A stretch of DNA of 11,312 nt. Source: a candidate division WOR-3 bacterium. GTDB taxonomy: Bacteria; Hydrothermota; Hydrothermia; Hydrothermales; Hydrothermaceae. The position numbers and the translations under genes are program-made. Positions within the stretch are counted from its first letter, which is position 1. Each line of letters starts with the position of its first letter. This document shows, one piece after another, positions 6,968-11,312 of the stretch. The notes under the pieces are model-generated. The model worked only from the letters and a program-made list of their open reading frames with translations. It did not search any database and was not told the origin of the DNA. The DNA is taken from contig JBDRZD010000025.1 of assembly GCA_039803745.1 (NCBI GenBank), positions 1 to 11,312 on the forward strand, read 5' to 3'.

Positions 6968-9379
6968 ATGAAAAAATTCATAATTTTAACCATTCCATAT
7001 ATTTTATTTTCTTATTATAACTATCCAAACGCAGGAATGTGGCTTGGTTCTTCATATACTTATGGCTCGCAGGCAATATTCTATAATCCCGCACTTTTAA
7101 GTTCAAAATTAAATCCTTCTTTTTCCTTTTCATTTCCTTTATCAGGATTTTTAGGATTTACAAACAATACATTCTCTTTATCCTGGTGGAATAAAATGGC
7201 TGATAAGGCAAATAAGGGTGATACTTTAAATTATAAAGATAAAAATGAATTTTATGGTTCAATACCAGGTAGATTTTTTAAATTTCATCTTGGAAGTGAT
7301 TTAACAGGGCTTTCCTTTGCTTATAAATACCTTGGATTTGGAATGAGAATTGTTAATGCAAGTTTTATAAAGACGACAAAGGATTTCTGGTCACTTTCAT
7401 TTTTTGGAAATGAACTCGGCAAAAGATATGATTTAAATGATTTTGATGGAGAAGCAATATCTTATTTAGAAAATAAAATTTCTTTTGGATATAAGTATGA
7501 TTATGATGAAGATTTAAGAATACTGTATGGGCTTGGATTCTCTTATATTTTTGGAATAGCCTATGCAGAAGTCCTTGATTTCAGAGCTGCATTAAATTCT
7601 GGAAGGAGAGAAATAGAGGGATATGATACATTAAAGGCAAGGTATGGGGTTGGTGGAGAAGGAGTTTCTTTTGATTTAGGTTTAGGAGCAAATTATAAAG
7701 ACAGGTTTGCAATAGGACTTTCATTTTCAAATATTTATTCTTCTTTAAAATGGGGAACAGGTTTTCCTTTTGGTATTGATCCCGGCTTAGAACATTATGC
7801 AGAGGAAGGTTACCATTTTGGAAGAATTGAAGATTTCAATATATGGAATTTATTAGACAAAGAGAAAAGAGAAAGTTTAGGAGTTGATACATCTGATACT
7901 TATGAGATAGATCCATTTAAAAAGAAATTACCGATTATTTTAAGGCTCGGAATAACATATTTTAATCCTGAAAAAATGTGGAAAATATTTTTTGATTATG
8001 AACAGGGGTTTAAAGAAAGAGCACTTTGTTCAACAATGCCAAGACTTTCTCTTGGTTTTGAATACCCTCTTTCAGAGTGGTTTATAACAAGAATAGGAAG
8101 TTCTCTTGGTGGTCATCAAGGAGTCTCCCTTTCCTATGGAATTGGTTTCTCCTTTGATTATTTCTATTTTGATCTTGGTTATTCCCATTCAAGAGGATTT
8201 TTCTATGGAAGCAATGGTGAGGCACTTGGTCTTTACTGGGGATTAAGAACACCGATGAAAGGAAAAATCAGGGGAACAATTGAAGATTCTATAACCGGGG
8301 AACCGCTTATTGCTGAAGTGAATATTTATAAAGGTAATAAACTTGTTAAGAAAATTTCATCTGACCAGAATGGATTTTTCTTCTATTCATTAACTCCTGG
8401 AGATTATATCGTTCATGTTGTAAAAGAGAAATATTTTCCTAAGAAATTGCCTGCTGAAGTAAAGGCTGCTAAAACAACAGATTTAACATTTAAACTTGTT
8501 CCAACTTATGGAATACTTGCTTTAAGAATAAAGGATGCATTAACAGGTGAACCTGTTCAGCCTGAAATAACAGTTAAATTTAAGGATAAAGAGGAAAAAT
8601 TAAAAGCAGATACACTTGGATTTTTAAAGGTTCAACTTGAAGCAGGAGAATACACATTTATATTTGAGCATCCTGATTATTATAAAAGAACAGAACCTGT
8701 TATAATGAAGCCGGCAACTTTAATTGAAAAAGAGATCCTCTTAAAACCAAATAAAGGTATAGTCCTTGGTAAAGTTTATAATGCCCAAACGAATGAAGCA
8801 CTTGTTGCAGATATGGTTATAAAGGATTCAACAGGTAAACTTGTTAAAGAGATGAAGAGTAAAGAGGACGGAACTTATGAAATAATTTTATATGCAGGAA
8901 CATATTTATTTGAAGTAACAGTTCCGCCTCCTCCAAAAGGTCCAAAATATATTCCACAGGCTGCATATGTTTCTGTAAGAGGAGGGGAGAAGAACATAAA
9001 GAACTTCCCGATGCTGCAGGAAAAGATGGTATTCACATTCAGAAATATTTATTTTGATTTCAACAAGGCAACAATAAGACCAGAATCCTATCCAATCCTT
9101 GATTCAATTGCCCAGGTTTTAAAAGATAATCCGACAATGAAAGTTGAGATAGGTGGTCATGCTGATGAAAGAGGAACAAGAGCATACAATTACAGATTAA
9201 CAGATGCAAGGGCAAACTCTGTCAGGACATATTTCATAACAAAACATGGAATAGATGCAAGAAGACTTATAGCAATTGGATATGGAGAGGATAGACCTGT
9301 TGTTCCAAATGCAAAAACAGAGGAGGAGCACCAGTTAAATAGAAGGGTTGAATTTAAGATATTAGGTGAGATAAAGTAA
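6968..9379 (+). CDS. OmpA-family outer-membrane protein: N-terminal DUF5723/PorV-like beta-barrel + 3 carboxypeptidase-regulatory-like repeats + OmpA C-terminal peptidoglycan-binding domain
   Basis: 803 aa, with SD AAGGAGG upstream and a signal-peptide-like start. AIFYNPALL ('NPA' motif of FadL/PorV-like barrels) and amphipathic Gly/aromatic strands (GVSFDLGLG, LPIILRLGITY, LSLGFEY, FYFDLGYS). Three G-x-I/L..(D/N)..T(G/N)E(P/A)...G.Y repeats. OmpA motifs NIYFDFNKATI, VEIGGHAD.RG...YN..L...RA, GYGEDRP, NRRVEF. The OmpA domain is secure; the barrel family is less so. Confidence 0.88.
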   Translation: MKKFIILTIPYILFSYYNYPNAGMWLGSSYTYGSQAIFYNPALLSSKLNPSFSFSFPLSGFLGFTNNTFSLSWWNKMADKANKGDTLNYKDKNEFYGSIPGRFFKFHLGSDLTGLSFAYKYLGFGMRIVNASFIKTTKDFWSLSFFGNELGKRYDLNDFDGEAISYLENKISFGYKYDYDEDLRILYGLGFSYIFGIAYAEVLDFRAALNSGRREIEGYDTLKARYGVGGEGVSFDLGLGANYKDRFAIGLSFSNIYSSLKWGTGFPFGIDPGLEHYAEEGYHFGRIEDFNIWNLLDKEKRESLGVDTSDTYEIDPFKKKLPIILRLGITYFNPEKMWKIFFDYEQGFKERALCSTMPRLSLGFEYPLSEWFITRIGSSLGGHQGVSLSYGIGFSFDYFYFDLGYSHSRGFFYGSNGEALGLYWGLRTPMKGKIRGTIEDSITGEPLIAEVNIYKGNKLVKKISSDQNGFFFYSLTPGDYIVHVVKEKYFPKKLPAEVKAAKTTDLTFKLVPTYGILALRIKDALTGEPVQPEITVKFKDKEEKLKADTLGFLKVQLEAGEYTFIFEHPDYYKRTEPVIMKPATLIEKEILLKPNKGIVLGKVYNAQTNEALVADMVIKDSTGKLVKEMKSKEDGTYEIILYAGTYLFEVTVPPPPKGPKYIPQAAYVSVRGGEKNIKNFPMLQEKMVFTFRNIYFDFNKATIRPESYPILDSIAQVLKDNPTMKVEIGGHADERGTRAYNYRLTDARANSVRTYFITKHGIDARRLIAIGYGEDRPVVPNAKTEEEHQLNRRVEFKILGEIK
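8258..9016 (+). repeat. Three tandem protein-level repeats of about 82-88 aa (carboxypeptidase-regulatory-like beta-sandwich)
   Basis: KGKIRGTIEDSITGEPL...LTPGDY (Gly codon at 8261); YGILALRIKDALTGEPV...LEAGEY (8510); KGIVLGKVYNAQTNEAL...LYAGTY (8756). Periods are 249 and 246 nt. The copies are diverged at the DNA level. Confidence 0.85.
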
Positions 9380-9406
9380 AAATTAATTGAGAGGAGGGGG
9401 AAGAAA

Positions 9407-10300
9407 ATGTTTTATCTGTTTTTAGGAATTTTAATTTTTACAATTTTTTTATATTTAAAATCTTCATTTTTAAAAAAACTTTCATTTCCCATTTTAAGAA
9501 TCTATCTTTTCCTCCATTATTTCTTTTTAATGACTGGTGGTTATTTAATATCAATTTTTTTAAAAGGATATAAAATAGAAAATTTTTTTTATTTTTTAAA
9601 TGTTTCCCTTTCCCTTTTCCTTTTATTTCAGTCAGCATTGATTTTAAACGATTATTTTGATAAAGAAGGAGATAAATATATAAGGAATACAAACCCATTT
9701 TTTTATGAATACAGTAAAAAAGAAGTTATCTTTTACTTTTTATTCTTTTTCTTTTCAAGCCTTTTTTTATCAACTTTTTCTTTAAGAATTTTCTTAATAT
9801 TTTTATTTTCCCATATTTTACATATAATTTATTCAGTTCCCCCAATAAGGTTAAAAAAATATTTTCCATTAAATCTTTTAATTCTCGGGATTGCTGCTTT
9901 ATTTTCCTTTATGATGGGTTTTGGAATAAATTTATCCTATAAAAATATTCCGTTAAAAATTTATTTACTCATATTTTTAGCATTAACACCTGCAATTTCC
10001 TTCAGAGATTTACTTGATATAGAAGGAGACAAAATTTTAAATGTTAAGACAATCCCTACAATTTTTGGAGAAGAAAAGGGAAAGATTTATTCCTCCTATT
10101 TAATCCTTTATTCATATCTTATAACTCCATTAATTTTAAAATTCCTTTTACTTTATATTTTTTCAATCCCTCTTGGTATTTTATCATTCCTTGAAGTGAG
10201 AAAGAAAAATATGAATCAGATAAAAATCTTCAATTATTACTTTTTATTTTTATTTTCAATAATAATATTTTTAAGTATGCATCCAGAAATTATTTTTTAG
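9407..10300 (+). CDS. UbiA-superfamily intramembrane prenyltransferase, substrate unknown
   Basis: 297 aa, highly hydrophobic. First Asp-rich motif NDYFDKEGD, then YSVPPIRLK, then second Asp-rich motif RDLLDIEGD followed by KTIPTIFG. GGAGG upstream at 9393-9397. Confidence 0.9.
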   Translation: MFYLFLGILIFTIFLYLKSSFLKKLSFPILRIYLFLHYFFLMTGGYLISIFLKGYKIENFFYFLNVSLSLFLLFQSALILNDYFDKEGDKYIRNTNPFFYEYSKKEVIFYFLFFFFSSLFLSTFSLRIFLIFLFSHILHIIYSVPPIRLKKYFPLNLLILGIAALFSFMMGFGINLSYKNIPLKIYLLIFLALTPAISFRDLLDIEGDKILNVKTIPTIFGEEKGKIYSSYLILYSYLITPLILKFLLLYIFSIPLGILSFLEVRKKNMNQIKIFNYYFLFLFSIIIFLSMHPEIIF

Positions 10301-11312
10301 ATTTTAATGCTTTTTTGAATTTTTCAAGTTGTTTTTTAAAAAACTTGTTATCAGGTTCTTTTTCAAGTGCTTTTTTCTCCCAGAAAATAGCCTCCTTATA
10401 CATACCTGCTGCATAATAGGCTTCTGCAAGTGTATCCATTATATTTGGGTCATCAGGAGATAACTCGTGTGCCCTTTTTGCTGCTTCAATTGTTTCTTGT
10501 GGATATTTTTTCATTAAAGCAAATTCCCATGCAAGTTCATTATAAACATCTGCATTATTTAAATTGCTTTCCAGAGCCTTTTTAAGAAGTGAATAAGCCC
10601 TTTTTAAAAATATTTCTTCTTTATCTTTTTCCTCTTTCGCAAGCCTTAAATAACTTACAGAAAGGAATGCATACTGCCATAATTCATATTCCCTCCTTAA
10701 TTCTTTTAAAGGCTCGGGATTATCAACAACTTTTAATTCAACAAGTTTATCATTTGCTCCCTGATATCCTCCCCTTTTTCTTATCACATAAAGGGCTGCT
10801 GATTGTTTACCCCTTCTATCACCACCTGCTGCCTCTCCTGCCTCAAGTGCTAAGAGGAGTCTTTCTGCAAGTGGTAATCCTTCTGTATTTTTGAAAACTT
10901 TAAACATCGTATCAATAACCTCTGGTCCTTTAAGTATATTCCCCTGAATAGCAACATATTTATCATTTTTATGTCCTGCCCATTGAATATTATTTTTACC
11001 TGTGAATGATATGGAGTTTCCATATCTGTCAACAATTCCAATTTGCCTGTCCTCAGGTGATGTATCTTTTTCAATAATTATTTTAAGAACCTCCTCAGCA
11101 TTTTTTCCTTCTTTTAAAAGTTCAATTGCCCATTTCCCTAAATATGGATTTGCAAGTGCCTGTGTTGCAACAGCACCTGCTTCTGCTTCAATCCATGGAA
11201 CAATATAACCTACATCTAAAACCTTTGATGCAACACCTATCCCAAATTCTTCTGTTTCAGGATCCATTGCAACTATTGAAAATGTCCCTGAAATTATTAA
11301 AGATAAAAGGAT
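10290..11312 (-). CDS. Secreted DUF1028 (Ntn-hydrolase-like) protein with C-terminal TPR repeats (start beyond the window)
   Basis: The frame stays open upstream of the ORF-track Met at 11267: ...ILLSLIISG-TFSIVA-MDPETEEFGIGVAS. TFSIVA.DP is the DUF1028 N-terminus. Other motifs: GAVATQA, RQIGIVD, QGNIL, AGGDRRGKQSAAL, VVDNPEPLKELRR. TPR-like C-terminus (YNELAW..., SPDDPNIMDTLAEAYYAAGMYKEA...KALEKEPDN). Confidence 0.9.
   Translation of the reverse strand: MLLSLIISGTFSIVAMDPETEEFGIGVASKVLDVGYIVPWIEAEAGAVATQALANPYLGKWAIELLKEGKNAEEVLKIIIEKDTSPEDRQIGIVDRYGNSISFTGKNNIQWAGHKNDKYVAIQGNILKGPEVIDTMFKVFKNTEGLPLAERLLLALEAGEAAGGDRRGKQSAALYVIRKRGGYQGANDKLVELKVVDNPEPLKELRREYELWQYAFLSVSYLRLAKEEKDKEEIFLKRAYSLLKKALESNLNNADVYNELAWEFALMKKYPQETIEAAKRAHELSPDDPNIMDTLAEAYYAAGMYKEAIFWEKKALEKEPDNKFFKKQLEKFKKALKSKK

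Noticed and set aside
9389..9402. G-rich run GAGAGGAGGGGGAA after the OmpA stop as a possible terminator arm or G-quadruplex
   Set aside because: No complementary C-rich arm lies nearby and there are too few G-tracts. It is best read as the UbiA gene's SD.
5893..11208. Short ORFs 5893-6168(-), 9438-9698(-), 10589-10894(+), 10850-11074(-) and 11002-11208(+)
   Set aside because: They lie antisense or out of frame within confident genes and have no protein-family features.

Overview
Gene-dense, very AT-rich bacterial chromosome segment. I see no RNA genes, mobile elements or CRISPR arrays. The minus strand carries speE-speB (polyamine aminopropyltransferase and agmatinase-family ureohydrolase), then a four-gene Gld-like ABC module (ATPase, GldF-like permease, GldG-like auxiliary protein, and a DUF4340-like protein missed by the ORF track that runs off the left edge). 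A divergent plus-strand operon encodes a lipoprotein, a large outer-membrane protein (DUF5723/PorV-like barrel + 3 carboxypeptidase-regulatory-like repeats + OmpA C-terminal domain) and a UbiA-family prenyltransferase. It converges on a secreted DUF1028 (Ntn-hydrolase-like)-TPR gene whose start lies beyond the right edge. The envelope genes indicate a diderm. K/E/I-rich proteins and AGR/ATA codons suggest a thermophile, possibly FCB-related such as WOR-3 (inference only). Main observations: (1) strong enrichment of Bacteroidota-type D-(S/T)-(A/I/L/V/M/T) O-glycosylation sequons in exported proteins, with none in cytoplasmic ones; (2) the lipoprotein plus barrel-stalk-peptidoglycan-anchor pair as a candidate uncharacterised surface system; (3) mirror-symmetric divergent promoters sharing a CAATTG centre, with all three predicted promoters having 18-bp spacers; (4) a His-to-Tyr change at a conserved active-site position of the agmatinase. 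All family calls come from motif recognition by eye, not database searches.
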